IMG/VR virus record: IMGVR_UViG_3300037502_001141
Span: 1 to 37,347 of that record
Source of the DNA: a virus
Taxonomy: Duplodnaviria; Caudoviricetes
DNA: 37,347 nt
Direction: 5' to 3' (one strand)
Under the pieces are notes generated by a model that saw only the letters and a list, made by a program, of their open reading frames with translations, had not been told where the DNA came from and ran no database searches. This document shows, piece after piece, positions 24,648-34,424 of this stretch; position 1 is the stretch's first letter; each line of letters starts with the position of its first letter. The translations under genes were made by a program, and so were the position numbers.

Positions 24648-27600
24648 ACTCTCTACCGTATTCCAACATTGGGGAAACCCGTGGGCGTAGTTTCTTCTGA
24701 ATCTGCGCACCAAATACTTCGGCTTCCATTTGGTTCTGTCCCCGACGTTTGAAGGAGTCAATTACATCTTTTGGTTCGACTGCGTATTCTGGGTACTTTT
24801 GGTTAAACTTTTGAATGTTTTCAATGGTGTCTGCGTAGGCATCGGTATTGCCGCGCTCCATCCATAGTCTGTTCATTAGAGTATTACGTTTGTCAATTAC
24901 CTTTTGCTCGTAGGTCTTAGCCTCAATGGCTGCTTTCTGTTTTTGGGCAAGGCGTTCAGGCTGCAGTCCAACTGCTTGTATTGCAAGTTCCCAAGCCGAG
25001 AAGTTATCTACTAGCGTAATGCCAGACTTAGTTTTAGCCCCCTCATCAGCCATACGATATGCAGCGGCTGGTTTAGCCACAATTGCCGGAGCGGCTTTCT
25101 CAAATGCACGCTGATACTGCCCCTGCTCCATCAACTCAATAGCCTCAGCCCAATTTACCCCTAACCCAACCACAGGGCCAGCGTTGGCAATTACACTTTC
25201 CACCACATTCTCTCGGGTATCGGTGGAGAACCGAGGGTCACGCAACCATAAATTTACGGGGTCAAGGCTGACACGCTCACTTAGTGAGCCACCAGTTGCA
25301 ACTGAAGCCGGGCCACGGACAACTGCCTCCATAGTTCCACGGCCAGCCTTACGGGCAGTCTCTTCGCCCATACCCATCTTCTTGTATATGTCGGCTACAT
25401 AACCACCAAGTTCGACTTCCATGTAGTTCTTAAACCAGTTATCCCAGTCAAAGAACTCATCGTCATCATCATTAGCCGCTAATTTAACTATGTTACCAAT
25501 TAACAAAGTAAAAAACGGTAAAGCCTCTGCACCGCCAAGCAAGAATGTCACACCTAAAATACCAGCCAACCGACGACGCCCTTCTTTGTAAGTCTCTCGG
25601 CGCTGAGCATCGGCTTCGGCAATCCGCTGGTCTATGATGTTCTGCGGAATCTTGTCTTCGATCATCTGCCGCCGAAACTCTTTTATCTCAGCTTTACGGA
25701 ATGGGGCGGCAAGAGTAAAGTAAAAGTTACGGGCTACGACGTAAGTAGCTAACACAGAGTATTGTTTAAATTTAGTCAACACCGAAAGCAGCGGAGGCGT
25801 AAAGTACCGTGGCTTCATCTGACGAGTAAAGTCACCCAAAGACAGGCCAGCAATATCTTTAGCTTCCGTAATTGCTAACTCAAAGGCTTCGTCTGGTGTA
25901 TTTGGTATTGGGTTACCTGCATTATCACGCTGGATAACGCCACGTAAATTTTTCTTAGGTTCATTTAAGAACTTGTCGTAGGCTAACTCAAACACAGACA
26001 GTAGCGTTACTTCGCGGTTTAGCCTTTCAGACTGATGAAACAATGCAGCAATAGTCCGTTTTACTGTGTTGTACCGCCCTGTATAAAGCTCTGATGGTCG
26101 ACCACCAATGTCCATAATGTCATTGGTCTGCGAGATATTGATATCGTTATCTTCAATAAATCGGTCTGCCGCTCGTTGCATCAATGGGTCTAAGTTGCCG
26201 CCTTCTACAATCGACGGGAACTCCATCTGCATAATTTGTCCTTTAAACGCCGGACTAATTGTACGTTTCGGCATTGTGGCTGTGTACCGACCAAGATTTT
26301 TAAGCATTACAGCATTTGCTTTAGCATATCCATATCGGCCACCAATATAAGGCATTGTGATCGCAGCCATACCTAAAAGGTTTAGCATAGCCGAGAACGG
26401 CGCAGACAGCATAAAATAAAACGTAGCATCTGATAGTTTGCCTGCTACTACCGCAGACATGCTGGTATCTTCGTTGCTTAGAATTGTCGGCGTGCGCTTC
26501 TCTACTTCCTTGATGTAATCGTCGTAGACATCCGAGTTAGGTAAATTTTTGACGTATTCCTTGGCATTAATTAAGTTATTAATAAATCTTTCTGAATATT
26601 TAAACCGCGACTGTTGATAAGCAGTATGTACAGCCGTAGTAGCAAAAACACGGATCATATCTTCACTAGCACCTTGAATTGACTGCCGGTTGATAAACAT
26701 TTTCCGAACACTTTGCTGGGGGAGCAAAATATAAATTAACTGATTAAGACTTTCTTTAAGTTCTTTCTTTGTATTTTCTACAGCAAATACTTTTTCTACT
26801 TCTTCTTGGGTTGGGATTTGGCCCATTTGTTTAGTTAGAGCTTTTTCAATTTCTTGATACTCTTTTTGAGTAGGTTTAGTTATGGCGCCTACAGAGTCTA
26901 TAATATCTTGAACGTCTTTAAGAACTTGAGTCGAACTAGCATTTTGATTGTATAGCTCTGAGATGCCGTTACCTTTGCGCATGGTTTCGGCTAAGTTTTG
27001 CTGCTGTGCGTTGCCATTTGATAGCTGTCTTTTACGCTTACGAAACGCTAACTCTCTACCCAATACAGTTTCAAACTCATAGAACTCTTTAAAGTTGCCT
27101 TTGCCGACTTGGAACCAATAGTTACCAAAACGACGTAGGGGGAAGTAAGGTGCGACTAACTTATCACGACCAAACTTATCATTGATTTCTTTAATAACCT
27201 TTTGACGCTCGGCTTTGGGCAACTGCAACGCACGCTTCTTCATCTCCGAAACCATTGTATTAATGGAGTCGGCGTAAAAATCTCTTACACGGCGATAAAT
27301 AGTTTTAAACTCAGGATTTAGTCCATCCCAAGCTGCTTGCATCGCTGGGTTTAAAGAACCTGCTTGTGCTGTATCTGGATCAATCCCTCGGATAGTAGAC
27401 TCCAACATAATTCGACCCATGAGCCGAGACTGCTTCGGATAACGTGCTTGCAAGCGAGTCCATTCGGCCAAGATGTCTTTAGCCTTGGTCATTGTGCGGT
27501 TCCGATCAGCAATCATCTGCTCAATAATTCGGATAGCACCGCTAATCTGAGGGAATTTGGTTTTAGTTAAGTCATCAATTTGACGTAAGTTAGCAAAGCC

Positions 27601-30600
27601 GAGAATAGACCGACGGAATATAGTATTGCCTGCATCCCACATTGGCGCAAGAATATCAGAACGTAATTTATCCCATGTTTCGTGCCCTTTAATAGCACTT
27701 TCAATTTCACCAACAAGTTTTACTGCGACTTGTTCTGCAGAACGCCATGTTGTTGAAATTGGCCCCTGAATACGTTTACCTTTTGGGGCGAATCGAGCAC
27801 CTGCTGCTGTAGGAGTACGGGTGCGCACTGCCGAGAACAACTGTGTGGCCGTAGCCATAGCGTTGCTAGCAAGGTTATCTATGCCGACCATTTGGTAAAT
27901 TGCACGGACTAGGCGTGTAAAGAACGGCATCTTAACCGGTTTGTACATTATCTTTCTAAGCCGGTCTTGAAATGACTTATTAGTAAAGACCTCAGACACA
28001 AACTCGTGGATATCAGTTAGACCATACAAGTCCAACGGAATATTAGCGACTGCATACTTATACATCTTTTGGAGTTCTTCACGAGCAGCACGCTGCCCTT
28101 CCGTAAGCGTAGTAACGTCGGCGTTAAGAATAGCCTCAGTAGCCGCGTGCAGCACTTCGTGCAAGAAAACGTCGTTTGTAGAGTTATCAAGGTCTATCGT
28201 AATAGCATCAAATGCCGGGTAGTAAGCACCGGCAACCTCCAACCCACGGATGTTGTCTTCAAAGGCTTTGTTAACATCGGTAAATTCTGCAATTACCGGC
28301 TGCATGTTATAGCGAGGAGAGCGTAGTTCTTTTATACCTCTATAGACTTTTTCAAGGTTTTCATCCCGGTCATAGTTTTCAAAATATTTGTTATACAAAT
28401 CCGGGTAGGTAAGCTGAACGTAATTAAACATTCGCTTCTGTTGATGATGTGTTTTTAAGTCAATCTGGCGACGGGTTAAGTCTCGAGCGCTGTTGAAGCT
28501 AATCGTAGTTGGTAGGTCTAACGCTGCTAGTTTTGCGGCTAGTTCTTTGTATAGCGGATTAGTAAGCCGAGTTGAAAGCACTTCGAGAGCACGCTTTAAA
28601 TTGCCTTTGGCTATCTCATCGGCAACTGCAGGGGCAATATTTCGGGGCTTAGCAAGTCGATTTATTACTTGGTCTTCGATGCTTCCCGGCGTAGTTTGCC
28701 CAGAAAATCTGGCACGCTCGCGCTCTTCTGCAAGATCTGCAAGGCTGCGTTCAGTTCCTCCAGATACTCCGAGTTCGCCTGTTGCTGTTCCCCCAAATCT
28801 CTCCACGCTGTCAGCACGGCGTTCATCTCGTTTTTCGTAGGAGCCAGAGTCTTGGAAGCGCTTTCCACGAGGTTTAGCGTTTGCATTTTTATTTACCTCT
28901 CGAATAAATTCAAAAATATCTTTGTTATCGCGGTAAGTTTTAAACAACCGCTGACGAATATCGTTTAGAGTGGTATCGCCTGTAAGAGCTTCACCTTCCA
29001 TTAGATACAAAATTCGCTGCATTTCAGCAGGGAAATCGGCGTTGTGGCTACGCACTTTATGGTGGGCTAACTCATGCACCATCGTACCTAAGATACCTGC
29101 TGCAGCAAATCGTGGTTCAGCGGATTCAGTTACAGCCGGGTTTACATACGAGCCGCTAAAAGGCAATCGAATGCTTACGCCTCGATATTCTGTGTCAAAA
29201 CTTATGCCGATAGCTTCGTTGCGAAGCTCGTTATATCCCGTAAGATCAACGACATAAGATCTAAGTTTTTGGAACTCATCACCAATTTCATATATAAACT
29301 TATCAAAACGCTGACCAAACTTGTTTCGGGCCATTTCAACTAAAGATGAGCCTTTAACATTTTCTATTTTGCGTTCAACTTCGGCTCTCTTAGATTTCCA
29401 TTCAGCATCGGTAAGTTTATTAGCGTACCAATCCTCCCGAATGTCATTTAATTCGCTTTTAAGTTCTTTAACTTTTTCTTGATCTGGAATTTCTACGTTG
29501 TCATGCAACATGACACGTTTAGCATCAACGTTGGCTTGATCAATCTTAAATTCGTCAAGGTTAATTCTAGAATTCTTAAGATCATCTTGAGACAGTTCAG
29601 GGATAACCCGGCCTTTAACAATTAAGCGGCCTTCTTTAACCTCAATGACATCGCCTTCAGAAATGTCAGAAGCAACTTTTACAATGCCAGCATCGCCTTT
29701 AGGCGCAAGTTCTTCTGGTGCAGTTGCTTTAATAGTCCCTCTGTCGTCATACAGATACTGTATTGACCCAAAGTTTTTAGCATCATTTCCTAAATCGACA
29801 GCCCCATAAACTAAGTTTAAATAACTAGTTAACTGTTCAAACCCTTTTTCCGTCGTTGGCGAAAACCGTTGCCGGTTTAAATCAAATGGATAATTAAAAT
29901 CTTCTGGTTTTACGTTTTTATTAGGAGATACGTCAAGATAAAAATTTCTAGGTACTGTTTTAGAATCAAAGCCCGCACCTACTGCAATCCTCCCGTCAAA
30001 CTGCCACAACCCATTAGATAGTATGTGTAAGTTATCACTAGGTACATACCGTTGAGGGCTTTTTTCAACATAAATTCTTGCAGTACCCCAATCAAACTTA
30101 ACATCAGCAAATTGGGTATAGCTATCGTATGGAAATTCATTACCTATGCGCACAGTACTATTGTTGAATGTAACAGAAATATCCGCAAACAACGGACTTT
30201 TTGTTAAAACTTCATAATCAAATTGGCTATCAGGGATTTTAATTTGCTTAGTCTCCCCTGTATCTGAATCTATATAAGACTCAGGTACGCCTACTTCAGC
30301 ATAAGTACCATGCCCATCTGGGAAAAGTTCAAGATATTGGAGGGGGATGTCATTACCTTTATACACCCGAATGTCTGGCTGCATGGATGGGTCATCCATT
30401 GCATCTTCTAGTTCAACCCCAGTGCTTTCTAAAACACTTAGCACATCATCACGCAGAGTAACAACTTTTATGCGTTTGTTACCAAACAAAAATTGCATTT
30501 TGGCAATACCAAGACCACCAGAAGCCCGGGTGCTTTCTTTTTCCGTCCCTGCAACAGTTAGAAATGTAGTTGACAAAGTCTTAGGAGACATGCCAGTTCC

Positions 30601-32997
30601 ATTATCTAATACTGAAATGATACGAGTAGCTGAATCTACATTTATATTAATAGCGCCTTCTTTAAGCTGCCCTTTTTCCTGCAGTGTTTTAATGGCATCA
30701 AATGAATTTTGAACCATTTCTTTAACCGACACAGTCGGCATTTTGTCAGGATTACCATACAACTTTTGCCCAAAAAGTTTATTCATGCGGCGTTTGTTGT
30801 AGTCTGGTTTAGCCTTGATGGTTTCCCCAGACGGGCGTAAGTCAGCGGGCTTTGAAGTAGCCGCTAGTTCATCAAGTAGGGCTTCGCCTTCAGGCGACAA
30901 TGAGTTATTTGATAGGGCTAGACCAGAATCTCTGAGTGCCTTTAAGGCTTGAAACTTAACCGCACCGACCTTGCCAGCACGAAGTTTGGTAGCTGCATCT
31001 AAAAACTGTGCGTCATTCATTCCTCTTGGCAACGCAGTCGGTGCCGCTTTCGGTATATCTTTGCCTTTAAAACCAGCCCGAATCTCATCTTCAATCTGCT
31101 TAATTTTGTCAGCACGCTGCTCCATTGGTACCGCAGCAATTTCAGATTGACGAGCGGCTACGCCTTTGTTTACGGCTAATTGTTCATTTAGTTTGTTAAC
31201 CCGTGCTTGTACGGTGGGGTCTTCAACAGCGGCTAAAGCATCCGCAATAATCTTGTCTACCGAGTCGATCTCCCCTTGAACTTGCTTTAGGGCCGAATCT
31301 ACCTTGGCTTGAGAACCTCGTTTGTTACCCGCAGTTAAATCTTTAGATGCGTTAACAAGCCGCGCCGCCGAACCAGCAGCGGAAGGATAATTAAGCAACG
31401 CACCTAGAGGGGTTGGTAATTGAACCCCTAACCCCATCATGTCTTCACCAGACGGAATGTTTAGTCGTGTAGCGACGTCGGCGTAGGCATCTTTTGCTTT
31501 TTGTATTGACGCATCAAGAGAATTTAATGACTGCGTTACCGGATTTGCCGGATCTGTCATTAAGGCGTTGTAGTGAATGTTTGCCTGTTTTTGCTGCGGG
31601 CTTACTGTGTCACTTGGTTGAAATAAGGTTTCTAATGCACTTGGCTTAGCCGTTGCTCCAACTCCAACCCCACCAGCAGGAACCCCAAAAACTTCCACTC
31701 CTCCGGCTCCAGTTTCAGTAGGCTGCTCGGTAACTCCTGCTCCGACACCTGTTTCGTCAGGTACCTGAAGGCTAGGCTCAATTCTTCCGGCGGCATCCGC
31801 TGTAGCAACTCTTCCTTCCAGTTCTCGTTCTCCATAAGCTTTCACCAATTGGTCGAGTTCTTCATCAGTGGCATCACGCCCGTACATCTGTTTAAAACCA
31901 GTAGCAAATGCTGCTTTGATTTCGGGAGTAACTGCTTCAGGTTCTGCAGGCTCTTCAAGCTTTGCGTCTAACCCGGCAATAAGTCGTTCTTCAGGGGTTT
32001 GTAGCCCAGCAAATTTTTCCGCACCTTTTTGCATGGCTTTACCAACAATAACATTACCGCCAGTGCCAACAACAGTTGCAATAAAAGTTTGCGCTGCAGC
32101 AGAAGGGCGGTCTGCTAAATAACTAGAGAACGGTTTTTCAGGGTTTAATACAGCCCATTCGTTTAAGTCTTGCAGTATGGTCGCAAGTTGCTCTCCGGGT
32201 ATTTCTTTCTTTAACTGATTAAGCAGCATCCGACCAAAGCCGGTCTTTTGGTTAATGTCATTGAGCAAACTGCCAAGAGGCATCTTTTCAGTAGCAACTT
32301 CAATAACACCTTGAGATGCGGCAAAGGGTAACGCTTGCTCAGGTCTTAAACCTTTTTCTCTAGCCTCTTGATATGCCTGACCACCAGTAAGCCCACCGAA
32401 CGCCGTAAGCACAGCAGCCTGACCACCGGGAAGCATTGCAGCGGGCAATAAGGCTAGGTTTTGCCCAAAACTTTCAAGGCCGGATTCGACACCACTAAGT
32501 ATTAGTCCTTGGTCGGCAGGAGGTTTTATCTTCCTAGCCTCTGACTCACGAGCCTGCTTTGCCATAAATTCAGCGGCTTGAGCAGCAGGGTCTTTTTCTC
32601 CAATAGTGCCAGTAAGCGCCTGATAAAACCTACCCTGTGGGGTCTTTTGGTATACATCACTTGCTTGTTCAGATAATGCACGGAACGCCCCAGCCGCCCC
32701 AATGTTCATGCTTTCGGGGACATTTTTAACCACGCGCCCTAAAAAGTCAGTGATCGAGTTTGTTGATGTAGTGGGGGAAGGCGCAACTTCTTCAGGAGTA
32801 GCCGGGGCTACCGGTGCTTCTTCTACCTTTGGCGCAGGCGCAGTCGGCGCAGCGGGGGCAACACCCAGTCCGATACGCCCTGCAAAATCCTCAAACGGTA
32901 AATCAGAGTAAAACTTTTTGTGAAATCCTATTGCTAAGTCTTGGTCTGATAAGTCATTGTATTGAGGATATTGTTTGCGAAGTTCTTGAATATTCAT
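24646..32997 (-). CDS. Giant internal virion/ejection protein of polyvalent type (GHKL ATPase, two HExxH domains, PLxRFG domain)
   Basis: 2783 aa; EMVQNSFDA (~aa 760), DNGTGM, GGLGIA; HELAHH (~1308); HEVLH...EFVSE (~1613); YFPLRRFG (~1953); last gene of the structural operon. Confidence 0.85.
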   Translation of the reverse strand: MNIQELRKQYPQYNDLSDQDLAIGFHKKFYSDLPFEDFAGRIGLGVAPAAPTAPAPKVEEAPVAPATPEEVAPSPTTSTNSITDFLGRVVKNVPESMNIGAAGAFRALSEQASDVYQKTPQGRFYQALTGTIGEKDPAAQAAEFMAKQARESEARKIKPPADQGLILSGVESGLESFGQNLALLPAAMLPGGQAAVLTAFGGLTGGQAYQEAREKGLRPEQALPFAASQGVIEVATEKMPLGSLLNDINQKTGFGRMLLNQLKKEIPGEQLATILQDLNEWAVLNPEKPFSSYLADRPSAAAQTFIATVVGTGGNVIVGKAMQKGAEKFAGLQTPEERLIAGLDAKLEEPAEPEAVTPEIKAAFATGFKQMYGRDATDEELDQLVKAYGERELEGRVATADAAGRIEPSLQVPDETGVGAGVTEQPTETGAGGVEVFGVPAGGVGVGATAKPSALETLFQPSDTVSPQQKQANIHYNALMTDPANPVTQSLNSLDASIQKAKDAYADVATRLNIPSGEDMMGLGVQLPTPLGALLNYPSAAGSAARLVNASKDLTAGNKRGSQAKVDSALKQVQGEIDSVDKIIADALAAVEDPTVQARVNKLNEQLAVNKGVAARQSEIAAVPMEQRADKIKQIEDEIRAGFKGKDIPKAAPTALPRGMNDAQFLDAATKLRAGKVGAVKFQALKALRDSGLALSNNSLSPEGEALLDELAATSKPADLRPSGETIKAKPDYNKRRMNKLFGQKLYGNPDKMPTVSVKEMVQNSFDAIKTLQEKGQLKEGAININVDSATRIISVLDNGTGMSPKTLSTTFLTVAGTEKESTRASGGLGIAKMQFLFGNKRIKVVTLRDDVLSVLESTGVELEDAMDDPSMQPDIRVYKGNDIPLQYLELFPDGHGTYAEVGVPESYIDSDTGETKQIKIPDSQFDYEVLTKSPLFADISVTFNNSTVRIGNEFPYDSYTQFADVKFDWGTARIYVEKSPQRYVPSDNLHILSNGLWQFDGRIAVGAGFDSKTVPRNFYLDVSPNKNVKPEDFNYPFDLNRQRFSPTTEKGFEQLTSYLNLVYGAVDLGNDAKNFGSIQYLYDDRGTIKATAPEELAPKGDAGIVKVASDISEGDVIEVKEGRLIVKGRVIPELSQDDLKNSRINLDEFKIDQANVDAKRVMLHDNVEIPDQEKVKELKSELNDIREDWYANKLTDAEWKSKRAEVERKIENVKGSSLVEMARNKFGQRFDKFIYEIGDEFQKLRSYVVDLTGYNELRNEAIGISFDTEYRGVSIRLPFSGSYVNPAVTESAEPRFAAAGILGTMVHELAHHKVRSHNADFPAEMQRILYLMEGEALTGDTTLNDIRQRLFKTYRDNKDIFEFIREVNKNANAKPRGKRFQDSGSYEKRDERRADSVERFGGTATGELGVSGGTERSLADLAEERERARFSGQTTPGSIEDQVINRLAKPRNIAPAVADEIAKGNLKRALEVLSTRLTNPLYKELAAKLAALDLPTTISFNSARDLTRRQIDLKTHHQQKRMFNYVQLTYPDLYNKYFENYDRDENLEKVYRGIKELRSPRYNMQPVIAEFTDVNKAFEDNIRGLEVAGAYYPAFDAITIDLDNSTNDVFLHEVLHAATEAILNADVTTLTEGQRAAREELQKMYKYAVANIPLDLYGLTDIHEFVSEVFTNKSFQDRLRKIMYKPVKMPFFTRLVRAIYQMVGIDNLASNAMATATQLFSAVRTRTPTAAGARFAPKGKRIQGPISTTWRSAEQVAVKLVGEIESAIKGHETWDKLRSDILAPMWDAGNTIFRRSILGFANLRQIDDLTKTKFPQISGAIRIIEQMIADRNRTMTKAKDILAEWTRLQARYPKQSRLMGRIMLESTIRGIDPDTAQAGSLNPAMQAAWDGLNPEFKTIYRRVRDFYADSINTMVSEMKKRALQLPKAERQKVIKEINDKFGRDKLVAPYFPLRRFGNYWFQVGKGNFKEFYEFETVLGRELAFRKRKRQLSNGNAQQQNLAETMRKGNGISELYNQNASSTQVLKDVQDIIDSVGAITKPTQKEYQEIEKALTKQMGQIPTQEEVEKVFAVENTKKELKESLNQLIYILLPQQSVRKMFINRQSIQGASEDMIRVFATTAVHTAYQQSRFKYSERFINNLINAKEYVKNLPNSDVYDDYIKEVEKRTPTILSNEDTSMSAVVAGKLSDATFYFMLSAPFSAMLNLLGMAAITMPYIGGRYGYAKANAVMLKNLGRYTATMPKRTISPAFKGQIMQMEFPSIVEGGNLDPLMQRAADRFIEDNDINISQTNDIMDIGGRPSELYTGRYNTVKRTIAALFHQSERLNREVTLLSVFELAYDKFLNEPKKNLRGVIQRDNAGNPIPNTPDEAFELAITEAKDIAGLSLGDFTRQMKPRYFTPPLLSVLTKFKQYSVLATYVVARNFYFTLAAPFRKAEIKEFRRQMIEDKIPQNIIDQRIAEADAQRRETYKEGRRRLAGILGVTFLLGGAEALPFFTLLIGNIVKLAANDDDDEFFDWDNWFKNYMEVELGGYVADIYKKMGMGEETARKAGRGTMEAVVRGPASVATGGSLSERVSLDPVNLWLRDPRFSTDTRENVVESVIANAGPVVGLGVNWAEAIELMEQGQYQRAFEKAAPAIVAKPAAAYRMADEGAKTKSGITLVDNFSAWELAIQAVGLQPERLAQKQKAAIEAKTYEQKVIDKRNTLMNRLWMERGNTDAYADTIENIQKFNQKYPEYAVEPKDVIDSFKRRGQNQMEAEVFGAQIQKKLRPRVSPMLEYGRE
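28665..28886 (-). CDS. Nested +1-frame ORF (73 aa) inside the giant gene
   Basis: AGAGGT-AAATAAAA-ATG; amphipathic helical sequence; main frame is linker-like here. Confidence 0.55.
   Translation of the reverse strand: MQTLNLVESASKTLAPTKNEMNAVLTAWRDLGEQQQANSEYLEELNAALQILQKSASVPDFLGKLRREASKTK
31632..31835 (-). CDS. Nested +1-frame ORF (67 aa) inside the giant gene
   Basis: GGTG-AAAGCTT-ATG; helical Leu/Glu-rich sequence; main frame is a G/V/T/A-rich linker here. Confidence 0.45.
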   Translation of the reverse strand: MENENWKEELLQRMPPEELSLAFRYLTKQVSEQELPSSLLKLEPEEWKFLGFLLVGLELEQRLSQVH

Positions 32998-34424
32998 TAA
33001 CGAATGCCAAGGGGGTCATTAACATTTGAAGCGCCCATTCTACCACTGCTAAGATCTACGCCTTGAACTTGATACAGTTTGAATGTTTCTTGCTGTATCT
33101 TATCTTTAATTGCCTTAACTCTTGCTTGCGCAGCGGCATCACCAGCAGCGGCTTTTTTCATATCTTCTTGAAGCTTAGGATCAAATGTAGCCCGTTGCAT
33201 AAACTCAGCATTGGCATCTTTTGCCGCCGACGATACCGCAGTTCGAGTAGCGTTGTAAGTATCTTTTGGAGCAAGTGCCTGTGCAGCTTGAGAAACTGAA
33301 TCCAAATACGACAAGCCGGGATTAGCCTTACGTAATTGTGCTGCTGCTTGAAGGGTTTTATCAGGGATATTAGCAATTGCTAGGCGATTTTCCCTATCTA
33401 AACGAGCAGTCTCTTCACGGCTTGCTCGGTCTAAAGCGCTTTCTTCACCGCGAGCCTCTCGCTCTCTTTCTGACATTGCTATTCTTTCAGCCGATGAAAT
33501 CGCATCAAGTTTTTCTTTACGTGCAGCCTCTTCAAGTTGCAATTTAAGTTGCATATCAGCCATTGTCTGTTTACGGCGCTCCTTAACATCTTCAGCAAAA
33601 CCTTTAACTGCGGCTTGGGAGCCTTTGCCGATATTAGTTAAAGCATAGGGAGACTCACCACCTAGAATACCTAGCCCTGCCTCTAGCGCACGAGTCCAAG
33701 CATCTGTCCGTACATCGGTAGTTTTACGGGCTTGATCCTCAAGATACTTGTTAATTACTTCTCGTTCTTTAGACGACGGTGCTTCTCTTTGTCTAAGTAC
33801 ATTTCCACTAGTGAAAATATCTTCGACTGTTCTTGCTTTAAAAGGAATCCTTTGAGCGGGCATAGTAGCGCCTAAGCCAAGTCCTGACCCAAATCCCGGT
33901 GTCTGAGAGTCTATATCTTGCTGGACTGCATTAGAAAACATAGATGAGAACGAGGGTGCTTCTTCGGTGCTATATAAATTTTTGGAACGGTCACGCTCTA
34001 AAGCCCTTAAATAGTCTTCGTCGTTTAAATCTCCACCTGCTTGGAACGCTACAATTCCGCCACCTGCATACTCGTTGCCATACATCTCTTCGGGTACTGG
34101 CAATGAGGCAACTCCCGTGTCCATAGACGGCATTTCTTGTTGCGGTGCCATAGCCATCATCTGTGGCTGCGCTTGTGGCGCTTCGGCTTGGGCATTAATT
34201 GCCATGTTTCTTTCAGTTACCGAGGCTGGCATAGGTTTAGCCATTGCCTGCATATTGGCAGCAGCTTGTGCCATTTCGGCTTTTTCATTCAGGATAATTG
34301 GTAGCATGTCAGCCGGTATACGACCTTGCTGCGCCATAGCCATAAGTTGCTGCTGTGGCAGTTGTGCTAGAGCATTAATTGGCCCTTCCTGAAGTTTAAG
34401 GGCTTGAGTTATTCCCATTGCCAT
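32997..34424 (-). CDS. Probable internal virion/ejection protein (475 aa)
   Basis: Ala/Gln/Met-rich, coiled coils, YAGGGIVAFQAGG; TAATG coupling on both sides. Confidence 0.75.
   Translation of the reverse strand: MAMGITQALKLQEGPINALAQLPQQQLMAMAQQGRIPADMLPIILNEKAEMAQAAANMQAMAKPMPASVTERNMAINAQAEAPQAQPQMMAMAPQQEMPSMDTGVASLPVPEEMYGNEYAGGGIVAFQAGGDLNDEDYLRALERDRSKNLYSTEEAPSFSSMFSNAVQQDIDSQTPGFGSGLGLGATMPAQRIPFKARTVEDIFTSGNVLRQREAPSSKEREVINKYLEDQARKTTDVRTDAWTRALEAGLGILGGESPYALTNIGKGSQAAVKGFAEDVKERRKQTMADMQLKLQLEEAARKEKLDAISSAERIAMSEREREARGEESALDRASREETARLDRENRLAIANIPDKTLQAAAQLRKANPGLSYLDSVSQAAQALAPKDTYNATRTAVSSAAKDANAEFMQRATFDPKLQEDMKKAAAGDAAAQARVKAIKDKIQQETFKLYQVQGVDLSSGRMGASNVNDPLGIR

Noticed and set aside
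24512-24761. Short ORFs spanning the convergence region
   Set aside because: They cross a strong terminator and the end of the giant gene and lack convincing RBSs; RNA structure explains the region better.
32377-32391. CTGAC-CACCA-GTAAG near-match to the palindrome core
   Set aside because: Core mismatch and no outer GAC/GTC; likely chance.
33158-33376. Alternative-frame ORF inside the 475-aa gene
   Set aside because: No ATG start or RBS evident and the main frame looks structured; typical shadow ORF, as are 34477..34668 and 34732..34926.
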